From contig CAZDOR010000001.1 of the NCBI GenBank assembly GCA_964507105.1, positions 4,722 through 68,721 on the forward strand: a stretch of DNA of 64,000 nt. Reading direction: 5' to 3'. Source of the stretch: an uncultured Candidatus Saccharibacteria bacterium (GTDB lineage: Bacteria; Patescibacteriota; Minisyncoccia; Minisyncoccales; PWPS01). Positions 41,021 to 50,063 of the stretch are shown here, piece after piece. Made by a program: the position numbers and the translations under genes. The notes below the pieces were generated by a model that searched no databases, had not been told where the DNA came from, and saw only the letters and a list, made by a program, of their open reading frames with translations. The first letter of the stretch is position 1. Each line of letters opens with the position of its first letter.

Positions 41021-42088
41021 TTAATTTATTCTTTTTTGCAAACTTTTCGGCTTCGGAGAAAAAGCCAATGCGTTTTCGGGCGTTATTTCATTAGCTTGGA
41101 CAAGATTGACCAGATACTTGTTCAAACTGAACATTCCCTCGTTGGAGGAGGTTTCTACAACCGTGTCCAGTTCGTGAACTTTCCCTTCTCTTATCAGATT
41201 GGAAACAGCTGAATTTTTTTTCAAGACCTCGCAAGCGGGAACCAGCCCTCCCGTTCTCCTGGGTATCAATCTTTGAGAAATAACCCCCAGAAGAGAAGTC
41301 GAGAGCTGGGCTCTGATTTGTCCTTGTTGACCGCCGGGAAAAGTGTCAACTATTCTATTTATGGTTTGAGTCGCTGAGTTGGTGTGCAAAGTGGAAAAAA
41401 CCAGGTGTCCGGTCTCGGCAGCGGTAATCGCCGTTTCTATGGTTTCCGGATCCCGCATCTCTCCGACCATAATAACATCCGGATCTTGCCGGAAAACCGA
41501 TTTCAGCGCTTTGGAAAAGGAATACGTGTCTTGCCCTATTTCCCTTTGGTCTATCAGTGAATTTCTACCTTTGAAGACGTATTCTATCGGGTCTTCAATT
41601 GTAACTATATGCTCGAACCTCTCTTGGTCTATCTTATCGATAAGAGCCGCCAAAGTGGTTGATTTTCCGTGAGAAGCCGGTCCGGTAACCAAAACCAATC
41701 CCTGTTTTTCCGCAGAAAAATCATACAAACTGACCGGCAAGTTGAGCTGTTCCAAAGATTTTATTTTCAGAGGAATTCTTCTCATCGCCAAAGATACTTT
41801 TTCCATCCGAAAATACGCATTGACACGAAAACGATGCTTTCCGTTGTGAGTATAAGAAAAGTCGATCTCCTTTTCTTTTAAAAATTTATCTTTTTGACCA
41901 TCATTCATTAAACTCAAGGCTATATTTTTCGCCTCCTGCTTTCTCAATTTTTCCCATTTTCTAATCTTTTCTAATTTTCCGTCGATCCTCAAAACCGGCC
42001 TTCTTTCGGCAGAAAGATGAATGTCCGAGGCTTTTTTATCTATCGAATAATCTAAAATTTTATGTAGTTTTTGCTTATTGTCACTCAT
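41021..42088 (-). CDS. pilT: Type IV pilus retraction ATPase
   Basis: ASDIHL, GKSTTLAA, RQDPDVIMVGEMRD, AAETGHLVFSTLH. Confidence 0.95.
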   Translation of the reverse strand: MSDNKQKLHKILDYSIDKKASDIHLSAERRPVLRIDGKLEKIRKWEKLRKQEAKNIALSLMNDGQKDKFLKEKEIDFSYTHNGKHRFRVNAYFRMEKVSLAMRRIPLKIKSLEQLNLPVSLYDFSAEKQGLVLVTGPASHGKSTTLAALIDKIDQERFEHIVTIEDPIEYVFKGRNSLIDQREIGQDTYSFSKALKSVFRQDPDVIMVGEMRDPETIETAITAAETGHLVFSTLHTNSATQTINRIVDTFPGGQQGQIRAQLSTSLLGVISQRLIPRRTGGLVPACEVLKKNSAVSNLIREGKVHELDTVVETSSNEGMFSLNKYLVNLVQANEITPENALAFSPKPKSLQKRIN

Positions 42089-43853
42089 TTTTTTGTTTTG
42101 AACTGGTTTCTTTTGTAGCTTTTAAAACGACTTCAGCGGAAGTGAGTCCTTCCAACGCCTTGAGAAGTCCGTCTTGTCTCATCGTCGTCATTCCCTGCTT
42201 GAAGGCCTGTTTTTTAATTACCTCTTCACCACTCTTTTCCAGTACCGCTTTCTTTATCGAATCCGTCATCTCCAAAGCCTCGAATATGCCGATTCTTCCG
42301 GAAAATCCGGTTTTGTTACACTTACCGCAACCTTCGGGCTTATAAAGTTTAAAGTTTTCCAAGTCAATTCCTTCGAGCATTTCGGAAGGAAGATCTCTCA
42401 ATTCTTCTCTTATTGCTTTTTTGGTCGGTTCGTCCGGACGTCTCTCTTTTTTACAGTTATTACACAACCTCCTGACAAGCCGTTGGGCAATAGCCGTGTT
42501 CAGAGAAGGAGGGAGGAGATAATTTTCGATTCCCATATCTACAAGCCGAGGAATTACTCCTATTGCATCATTAGTGTGGAGAGTTGAAAGAACAATATGT
42601 CCGGTGAGTGCTGCATGAACCGCCAAATCAGCGGTTTCTTTATCTCTTATTTCACCGACCATAATAATATCCGGATCTTGTCTTAAAATTTGTCTCAGTC
42701 CGGTAGAAAAGTCATATCCGATATCATGATTAACCTGGGACTGATTCACCCCGGAAATAAAATACTCGACCGGATCTTCAAGGGTGACTATATTAACCTC
42801 TTCGGTATTCAGAGTTCTAAGTAGAGAATACAATGTCGTGGTTTTACCCGATCCCGTAGGTCCGGTGGCCAAAACCATGCCGGTAGGTTTATTAACTCCC
42901 TTTGTCACTATTTCTTCAGTCGAAGATCTCATTCCCAACTCACTTATCTTCCTCATACCTTCTTCCGGATCCAAGACTCTGAGAACAACCTTTTCTCCCA
43001 GGGTGGTCGGCATTGTAGCAACACGGAAATCAATTTCCTTTCCACTTATTTCGGAAAAAAATCTACCGTCCTGGGGTAGTCTTCTTTCTTCTATTTTAAG
43101 ATTGGAAAGTATCTTTATTCTGGCAACAATAGCTTTGTGGGTTTTTCTGGGTAATATAAGTGAAGAGTGTAAAACACCATCCACTCTGAATCTGACTTCC
43201 GTCTTTTCTCTTTTGGGTTCTATGTGAATGTCCGAAGCACCTCCTTCCACCGCATTTCTGAAAATAACCGACACAACTCGAACTATGGGAGCTTCTTCGG
43301 CTACTCTGGTTAAATCATCTCCTTCTGCCACTTCTTCTATTTCTTCCTGAAGTTCTTTTTCTTCTTCCTTGTCCATTGCTCCTATTGCCGCCCCGGCTCC
43401 TCTTCTGAGTTTTTCGTATTGATTCAGTATTTTTTGAAAAGTGGTAGGCGTAATCAGGTATATCTTATAGGAAAAGCCACCTCGACGAGCTAAAAAACGT
43501 AAAACCTCTTTCGCTTTCAGTTTTCGAGGATAAACCATTCCGATCTCAATTCCTTCATCGGTTTTATTCAGCGGTACCAGGTTGTAGTGTTTGGCGGAAT
43601 CCTCGGGAATTAATTTGGCTATATCGGGAAGAACGCTTCCCAGCTTATCCAAATTAACATTTTTACGGAAGGGAATATCCAGAATCTCACTTTTTATTCT
43701 GAACAGCTCTTCTTCGCTTATATCAACTTCTTCGTCTTCAAGAATAACTTCCTCTTCCTCTTTTCCCGTATTTTTGGCTTCTATCCTTAAAGAGATCCCT
43801 TTTTTTCTGTCAATTATGTCTCTGTCCTTTAAATTTTGAAGTAATCCTTTCAT
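42081..43853 (-). CDS. pilB: Type IV pilus assembly ATPase (PilB/GspE)
   Basis: ASDIHIEP, GPTGSGKTTTLY, LRQDPDII, tetracysteine motif. Confidence 0.95.
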   Translation of the reverse strand: MKGLLQNLKDRDIIDRKKGISLRIEAKNTGKEEEEVILEDEEVDISEEELFRIKSEILDIPFRKNVNLDKLGSVLPDIAKLIPEDSAKHYNLVPLNKTDEGIEIGMVYPRKLKAKEVLRFLARRGGFSYKIYLITPTTFQKILNQYEKLRRGAGAAIGAMDKEEEKELQEEIEEVAEGDDLTRVAEEAPIVRVVSVIFRNAVEGGASDIHIEPKREKTEVRFRVDGVLHSSLILPRKTHKAIVARIKILSNLKIEERRLPQDGRFFSEISGKEIDFRVATMPTTLGEKVVLRVLDPEEGMRKISELGMRSSTEEIVTKGVNKPTGMVLATGPTGSGKTTTLYSLLRTLNTEEVNIVTLEDPVEYFISGVNQSQVNHDIGYDFSTGLRQILRQDPDIIMVGEIRDKETADLAVHAALTGHIVLSTLHTNDAIGVIPRLVDMGIENYLLPPSLNTAIAQRLVRRLCNNCKKERRPDEPTKKAIREELRDLPSEMLEGIDLENFKLYKPEGCGKCNKTGFSGRIGIFEALEMTDSIKKAVLEKSGEEVIKKQAFKQGMTTMRQDGLLKALEGLTSAEVVLKATKETSSKQKNE

Positions 43854-43870
43854 TATTTTCTTTATCTTAA

Positions 43871-44578
43871 TTACTCTTCTTGATTTTCCCGGTCGATAAA
43901 CCGAATGTCCCCTCGAAAATCATCATTTTCACCGGAAATATAATAAGTCATTTCCGAATCGGCTTGAAACCCAATATTTTTTTCTTCCTCCGCATTTACT
44001 TCAATCGAGTAGTCTTCTACGAGCTCATTGTCGTCATTCCTTATTTCGAAAGGTAAGGATTCATCCGTTTCGTTGACTATATTAATATCATACCAACGGT
44101 CTTCCACCAAGAGGAGGTCCGGATTGGTTAGCATTTCCCGAATTTCGTCCTCTTCAATATCCGTTCGTAAGTCTTCAATCAGCTCATCGGGAGATGTTAA
44201 AATCCAGCCGCTTTCATCAGCTTTAAATTCAAAATTAAAAGTTTGCCACCAAATCAAAACATCATCCTCCTCCGGAGTTCGCGGAACTTCAAAAGGGTTG
44301 TCAACTTTGTCTTCGTCCCAAATCAAAAGCGGATCATCTCCCTTTCTAAAGGGAGTCAATTCGGAAAAAATATAACTGTCGAGAAAAACAAAATTCACAT
44401 CGGGAGTCTCCTTGTAGGTGGGGTCAACATACCCATCCCGGGCAGGGGTAAAAAAGATCTGCCAAACGACTATTCCGACAATAATCAACGTAACAACGAC
44501 AAGTATGAGTAATGGTTTCTTGTTTTTTTTCTTTTCTTCTTTCGTTTTCTCTTTTTTTTCTTCTTTTGGGTCAGTCAT
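43871..44578 (-). CDS. Membrane-anchored pil-locus protein (PilP position) with acidic C-terminal cupredoxin-like domain
   Basis: Single TM, ...NPF motif, then a ~120-aa beta-rich domain; located between pilO and pilB. Confidence 0.65.
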   Translation of the reverse strand: MTDPKEEKKEKTKEEKKKNKKPLLILVVVTLIIVGIVVWQIFFTPARDGYVDPTYKETPDVNFVFLDSYIFSELTPFRKGDDPLLIWDEDKVDNPFEVPRTPEEDDVLIWWQTFNFEFKADESGWILTSPDELIEDLRTDIEEDEIREMLTNPDLLLVEDRWYDINIVNETDESLPFEIRNDDNELVEDYSIEVNAEEEKNIGFQADSEMTYYISGENDDFRGDIRFIDRENQEE

Positions 44579-44580
44579 AT

Positions 44581-45117
44581 TTATTCTTCAAAATAAATTA
44601 CCAAATCCAAATTATATTGGATGGGAAGGAGGGTCTCTTCATCATCCTCTCTTCTGGTTTCTATCGCCAAATTATTAATACTGATCAGTCGAGCCTTATT
44701 GGAAAGTCGAGAAATAAAGTTTTTAAAATTGGCGTATCCTCCTTCCGCGGACAAACTGATTTCCACTTCGGATAAATCTCGAGGTCCGTCCGCACTGTTG
44801 ATATCAAAACTACCCAAACTTTCAATCCTTATCCCGGTATTTTCGGCGGTATCGTCTATAAGTTTGAAAAAAGAGGGAGCGTAATGATCTTCGGGAACAC
44901 CGTCCTCTATTATCTTAATTTCTTCCGAATATTCGTCCTCGAACTTCCAAACCATCTCATCCATGGAGTCGTGGAAATTAACCAAATTATCGAGTTCGGT
45001 TTCCGTGGTTTCCGCTTCCACCATCGTTTCCCGTAAATCTTCATATTCCGGCCAGACGAACAAAAAAAGGATTCCGAACGAAGCTATTAGACAGATTGTG
45101 GTTATGATTGATCGCAT
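44581..45117 (-). CDS. pilO: PilO-like protein
   Basis: TM + coiled coil; GGYANFKNFISRL...RLISINNL. Confidence 0.85.
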   Translation of the reverse strand: MRSIITTICLIASFGILFLFVWPEYEDLRETMVEAETTETELDNLVNFHDSMDEMVWKFEDEYSEEIKIIEDGVPEDHYAPSFFKLIDDTAENTGIRIESLGSFDINSADGPRDLSEVEISLSAEGGYANFKNFISRLSNKARLISINNLAIETRREDDEETLLPIQYNLDLVIYFEE

Positions 45118-45120
45118 ATT

Positions 45121-46134
45121 TTATGGCTTAAATATTAATGGATCTATATCAGAAGAAAACTGAAAGGAAATTCTTCCTTCCTCCGTTTCGTTCATCTCTT
45201 CCAGTTCAACATTTTCAATCGGGTTTATCTTTTTTTCCGCCCTGACTTCATACCAATCCCAATCGAGGGTTTCTTCTCCTCTTATCCGATAATCCTCCGT
45301 TTTAACTTCGGTAAGTAGAAAAGGTTTGCTGTCTTCATCAGTCAAAGTAACGATTCTCGTTCCTTCAAAAGGGCTGCTTGATATTTCCGTTGCACTTCTC
45401 AACGGAACGACTCTCTCTTGATCATCGACGGTGGTAAGCTCAACATTTTTTTCAAATCTTTCGTATTCCTTTTCTCCCATTTCGTCTTCCGTTACGGAAA
45501 AGATCACTTGACGCACTCCTCCGTCACTCATTTCTTGTTCAAAAATTTCGACTTCACCGAAATCGTCCCATTCCTCAACTATTTTTTCCCAATCATCCTC
45601 CTCTGTAGCCATGTCGAGATGAACCAAATAATCCTCTTCGTCCGTCGGAGCGGGATGATATTCGGAAACCCAACCGTAAAAATCACGTTTTGTCGTGAAC
45701 TCTTTTAAGATTGAATACTGCTGCTCAACCGTATAAAAATCATGTGCTCGCCCGTTGATGGTGAGAGTTTCATCTTTCAAATTCAAGCTGACCTCATCGA
45801 GGTTGGCCATGGGATGAACCGCTTCTTCCAAAAGAGAAAATATTTTATTGGAATCGTTTCTACTCCAAAAGGCGTGAAGATAATTATCTATTTGTTCTCT
45901 GCGACTCAAGACTATTTTTTGATTTTCTTCGAAACGAGATTCTTCTTCCAAGTCTTCCATCAAATTGGTCATATGACTAATTTCGCTTTGAATCTCTTCA
46001 TTCCACTGCCTTAAAAAAAAGTAAGTTCCGACTGTAAGGAGAAGTATCAGTATCGAATAATAAAAAAGGATACTTATCGAATCGGGAAGACTGATTATCT
46101 TTCTCCTTTTCTTTTCTTTTATTTCTATTGCCAT
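45121..46134 (-). CDS. pilN: PilN-like protein with large internal insertion
   Basis: TM + coiled coil, LTINGRA, C-terminal ISFQFS; lies between pilM and pilO. Confidence 0.7.
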   Translation of the reverse strand: MAIEIKEKKRRKIISLPDSISILFYYSILILLLTVGTYFFLRQWNEEIQSEISHMTNLMEDLEEESRFEENQKIVLSRREQIDNYLHAFWSRNDSNKIFSLLEEAVHPMANLDEVSLNLKDETLTINGRAHDFYTVEQQYSILKEFTTKRDFYGWVSEYHPAPTDEEDYLVHLDMATEEDDWEKIVEEWDDFGEVEIFEQEMSDGGVRQVIFSVTEDEMGEKEYERFEKNVELTTVDDQERVVPLRSATEISSSPFEGTRIVTLTDEDSKPFLLTEVKTEDYRIRGEETLDWDWYEVRAEKKINPIENVELEEMNETEEGRISFQFSSDIDPLIFKP

Positions 46135-46135
46135 A

Positions 46136-47167
46136 TTATTTTTTGAAGGTTAAACCTTTTAAGGCCATCCCCGTAGCAACGGAAAGCAGGGGGGATAACT
46201 CTTCCAGGGAGTCTTCCAGCTCCCGGGGATAATTTATCTCATCGAACGGATAGGAAGGTCCGATTTCGTAATTTTCGGATAAAAGAGACTTCAAACTATC
46301 AAAAAAGGCACCGCCGCCGGTAACGACGAGTCGATCTATTTCTTTCTCTCTTTCAATCTCGTAATCTTCGCAGACACCGATGATTTTCTCCGAAAGTTCC
46401 TCAAATTTTTCCGTCCTTCTTTTTAAAGGGTCGTTTTCCACGTTCCGGTAAGAGAACTCCGGAAACAAAACCTCACCACCCGTAAAATCCCGAGTGGAAA
46501 TCGAAAGGTTGTGGCTGTATTTCGGGGTTTCTCCTTCAACCACATTGATGTTGGTGTTTTCGTCTCCAATATCGACAACGGCAACGACACCATCGCTCTT
46601 TTTTGAGCCAAACACCTTAGCCAATCCGAAAGCTTCAGCATCCAAAAGCCCGACATCCAAACCGGTTTTCTTAGCCACTTTTCTGTAAGCTTCAATGGTT
46701 TGATTGGGAACGGCAAGAAGAACCACTTCGAAAAGTTTTTTGTCGTCACGAGAGGTCTCCTTTATATTCCAATCGAGAGTAACTTGATTTATGGGAAGAG
46801 GAACCCTTTGTTTCGCTTGAAAATGAATAGCGGACTCAATATCTTCCTTGTCCATTTGAGGAATCTCGAAAGAAGCCAGAAAACTGCTGAAATCGGGAAG
46901 AGAGAAAAGACTGTCTTTGGTTTTTATTCCCGCTTCCTTGAGAACCGCGGATAAAGTTTTTGAAATCGCTTCTATAGCCGAATTCAGGGAGATTTCATTA
47001 TGAGAGATACTTTCCCGACCGGTTATGTTTTTAATCGTGGTCATTCCGTAATTAGTCAAATTAACCTCTTCGGTTTCCTCTTTTTTAGTGAGTTCAATGA
47101 CCTTAATCGAAGAAGTTCCGATGTCGATTCCGATACATTTTTTATCTTTTTTTGAAAATAGTGGCAT
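46136..47167 (-). CDS. pilM: Type IV pilus assembly protein PilM
   Basis: IGIDIGTSSIKVIEL, VDIG, VTGGG actin-like motifs; start at MPLFSK preferred. Confidence 0.92.
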   Translation of the reverse strand: MPLFSKKDKKCIGIDIGTSSIKVIELTKKEETEEVNLTNYGMTTIKNITGRESISHNEISLNSAIEAISKTLSAVLKEAGIKTKDSLFSLPDFSSFLASFEIPQMDKEDIESAIHFQAKQRVPLPINQVTLDWNIKETSRDDKKLFEVVLLAVPNQTIEAYRKVAKKTGLDVGLLDAEAFGLAKVFGSKKSDGVVAVVDIGDENTNINVVEGETPKYSHNLSISTRDFTGGEVLFPEFSYRNVENDPLKRRTEKFEELSEKIIGVCEDYEIEREKEIDRLVVTGGGAFFDSLKSLLSENYEIGPSYPFDEINYPRELEDSLEELSPLLSVATGMALKGLTFKK

Positions 47168-47225
47168 TGAAAAAGTTTCTTTTTTTAATGATAAAGGATA
47201 ATTATTCACTTTGCAAAAAGCATTG

Positions 47226-47310
47226 CGGTGGGGGTGGGATTCGAACCCACGAATCCGTGAGGATTGGCGGTTTTCAAAACCGCTGCCTTAAGCCACTCGG
47301 CCACCCCACC
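47226..47310 (-). tRNA. tRNA-Ser(TGA)
   Basis: Anticodon arm GCGGT-TTTGAAA-ACCGC; long variable arm. Confidence 0.95.
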
Positions 47311-47320
47311 CGTTAAAATG

Positions 47321-47408
47321 CGGAGAGGGAGGGATTCGAACCCTCGGTACCCGTGAAAGGTACAACACCTTAGCAGGGTGCCCCAATCGACCGCTCTGGC
47401 ACCTCTCC
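47321..47408 (-). tRNA. tRNA-Ser(GCT)
   Basis: Anticodon arm GCACC-CTGCTAA-GGTGT; long variable arm. Confidence 0.95.
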
Positions 47409-47494
47409 TGCTTGCATTCAAGTATACTAAAAACCGAAAACATTTTCAACTGGAAAAAAAGAAACTTTATGATAAAATAAAAAAAGTGAATTCC

Positions 47495-47567
47495 GCCCTC
47501 GTAGTTTAATCGGATAAAACACAAGCTTGCGGAGCTTGCGATAGAGGTTCGAGTCCTCTCGAGGGCA
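47495..47567 (+). tRNA. tRNA-Arg(GCG)
   Basis: GCCCTCG...CGAGGGCA; anticodon arm CAAGC-TTGCGGA-GCTTG; GGATA D-loop (A20 Arg identity element). Confidence 0.92.
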
Positions 47568-47581
47568 CAAAGTAAAAACTT

Positions 47582-49672
47582 ATGCAACTCTCCAACTCAA
47601 TAAACAAAGTTCCAAAAATAGGACCCGAATACGAACGGAAATTAAAAAAGATGGAAATAACCACCGTCGGTGATCTTTTATTTCATTTTCCACACAGATA
47701 CGAAGATTTTTCCGAAATTACCGACATAAAGAATCTTACAAAAGAAAAAAGAGCTACGATAAAGGGGGAGATTAAAACAATCAAATCGGGGAAAACTTCA
47801 AAAAAGAAAGTTCCGTACAGCGAGGCACTTATTCAAGATGACACGGGAGCAATAAAAATAATTTGGTTTTATCAACCTTATTTAACCCAAAATCTCAAAA
47901 AAGGACAAAAGATATACATTTCGGGAAAGCCTACATACGATAACGAAGGATTGCAGTTTGTAAATCCTTCATATGAAAAGGCAAAAAAAGAAACGATTCA
48001 TACCGGAGGGCTGATAGCAGTTTATCCGGAGACGGAAGGGGTCTCTTCCAGATGGATTAGATACGTAATGAAGCCTCTTTTGGAAAAATATTTAAGCAAT
48101 TTAAGCGAAACATTACCTCAAGAAGTAATAAAAAAATACGACCTTTTGCCAATATCGAAAGCTTTGAAAAAAATACACTTTCCTTCTTCTCGAAAAGATG
48201 TAAAAAGAGCACAAAGAAGATTCTCTTTTGAGCGCCTACTTTTTATACAGCTCGCTTCCCTGAAAAAACGAATGGATATAAAAAGAGAAGACTCCACTCC
48301 GGTTGAGATTGATATGGATTACGTAAAAGATTTTGTTTCTTCATTGTCTTTTAATTTAACCAATCCTCAAAAAAAATCCGCTTGGCAAATTTTACAAGAC
48401 ATACAAAAACCCCATCCGATGAACAGGCTTTTGGAGGGGGATGTCGGATCGGGAAAGACTGTTGTAGCAACAATAGCCGCTCTGGCCACAGCCAAGGGAG
48501 GATACCAGGTCGCTTTCATGGCACCAACCGAGGTCTTGGCTACTCAGCACTTTAAAAAAGTGTCAAAAATGCTACAAGGTTTTAGACTGAATATAGCATT
48601 TTTAACCGGAAAAAAGGATAAATTTAAATCCAAGAAGTTAAAAAACCAATTCATAGAAATATCAAGGGAGAAGCTTTTGGAAAAAGTAAAATCCGGAGAA
48701 ATGGACATACTTATCGGAACCCATGCTTTAATTCAAGACAAAGTAATCTTTGATAATTTAGGGTTAGTCATAGTTGATGAGCAGCACAGATTCGGTGTAA
48801 GGCAACGTGCAAAACTTTGCAAGAAAGACCTTATCCCTCACCTACTTTCAATGACCGCAACTCCCATACCCAGAACTTTGGCTTTAACTCTTTACGGAGA
48901 TCTGGACATATCAATAATAGACGAATTGCCCGCGGGGAGAAAAAAAGTAAAAACGAAAATTGTAAACAGATCAAGCAGGTGTAAAATATATAAATTTACA
49001 AAAAAAGAATTATCAAAAGGAAGGCAAGCTTTCGTGATTTGTCCTCGAATAGAGGAGCCGGAGGAAAACGAGGAAACAGCTTGGGCGGAAGTAACCTCAG
49101 TGGAAGAAATGACTAAAAAACTTAAAAAAGAATTTTCTGATTATAATATAGAATCACTCCACGGGGATCTATCTTCTACCAAAAAAGCAAAAAGAATGGA
49201 AAAATTTAAAAAGAAAAAGATAGATGTATTGGTTTCAACTTCCGTAATCGAAGTCGGAGTTGACGTTCCCAATGCAACGGTAATGATTATTGAAAGTGCC
49301 GAAATGTTCGGGTTGGCTCAACTTCATCAATTCAGGGGGCGAGTAGGGAGAAGCGATCATCAGTCTTACTGCTTTTTATTCTCCGGATCCAATTCTGAAA
49401 AATCAAAAAAAAGATTGAAGGCCTTGATCGAATCCGAAGATAGTTTTGAATTGGCTGAAAAAGATCTGAAGCTCCGTGGACCCGGTGATTTAACCGGAAA
49501 ACGACAATGGGGAGTGGCAAGCTTTACCATGGAAGCTCTTAAAAATATCAAATTGGTTCAAGAAACCAAGGAGGCGGCAAAAGAGATATTGGAAAAAGAT
49601 CCAGGACTGGAAAACAATAAACTGATTAAGAAAAAACTGAAATCAGTAGAGAAGAATTTACACTTTGAATAA
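47582..49672 (+). CDS. recG: ATP-dependent DNA helicase RecG
   Basis: GDVGSGKT, DEQHRFG, MTATPIPRTL, QLHQFRGRVGR. Confidence 0.98.
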   Translation: MQLSNSINKVPKIGPEYERKLKKMEITTVGDLLFHFPHRYEDFSEITDIKNLTKEKRATIKGEIKTIKSGKTSKKKVPYSEALIQDDTGAIKIIWFYQPYLTQNLKKGQKIYISGKPTYDNEGLQFVNPSYEKAKKETIHTGGLIAVYPETEGVSSRWIRYVMKPLLEKYLSNLSETLPQEVIKKYDLLPISKALKKIHFPSSRKDVKRAQRRFSFERLLFIQLASLKKRMDIKREDSTPVEIDMDYVKDFVSSLSFNLTNPQKKSAWQILQDIQKPHPMNRLLEGDVGSGKTVVATIAALATAKGGYQVAFMAPTEVLATQHFKKVSKMLQGFRLNIAFLTGKKDKFKSKKLKNQFIEISREKLLEKVKSGEMDILIGTHALIQDKVIFDNLGLVIVDEQHRFGVRQRAKLCKKDLIPHLLSMTATPIPRTLALTLYGDLDISIIDELPAGRKKVKTKIVNRSSRCKIYKFTKKELSKGRQAFVICPRIEEPEENEETAWAEVTSVEEMTKKLKKEFSDYNIESLHGDLSSTKKAKRMEKFKKKKIDVLVSTSVIEVGVDVPNATVMIIESAEMFGLAQLHQFRGRVGRSDHQSYCFLFSGSNSEKSKKRLKALIESEDSFELAEKDLKLRGPGDLTGKRQWGVASFTMEALKNIKLVQETKEAAKEILEKDPGLENNKLIKKKLKSVEKNLHFE

Positions 49673-49727
49673 AAAATCCGCAATTGCGAACTTGCCATTA
49701 TTAACGTTTTTACTTTAGAGTAAAAAT

Positions 49728-49902
49728 GTTCTCACTGAAAGAATTTTTTATTTTTATTTTCAGAACGAAAATACCCCCTTCACGGAAGCTCTCGAAAAGG
49801 ATTTTGCGTGGTCTTTTCGCTAAAAAAGAAAATTCTCGAGAGAGCAGATCCCGAATTCCCGCTGGGAATTATTAAGGATCGGTTCTTGTGAAGAGGGTAT
49901 TG
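49728..49902 (+). ncRNA. Candidate structured RNA of unknown family
   Basis: 5' hairpin plus a three-way junction closed by ATACCCcCTTCAC/GTGAAGaGGGTAT; strand uncertain. Confidence 0.5.
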
Positions 49903-49909
49903 AATGATG

Positions 49910-49984
49910 TGACCCCGAGGGGATTTGAACCCCTGTTACCAGGATGAAAACCTGGCGTCCTGGGCCAAGCTAGACGACGGGGCC
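49910..49984 (-). tRNA. tRNA-Glu(TTC)
   Basis: Anticodon arm CCAGG-TTTTCAT-CCTGG. Confidence 0.95.
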
Positions 49985-50063
49985 ATTGATTTTCAATTCA
50001 ACAAGCTTTTTGTAATGTCAAGTTCTTTTGTAGTATAATGAAGTAATAAAAAAAGTCAAATTT

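Noticed and set aside
49770-49902. 5S rRNA or SRP RNA
   Set aside because: Size and three-way shape are similar to 5S, but the CCGAAC/loop E and SRP helix-8 motifs are absent.
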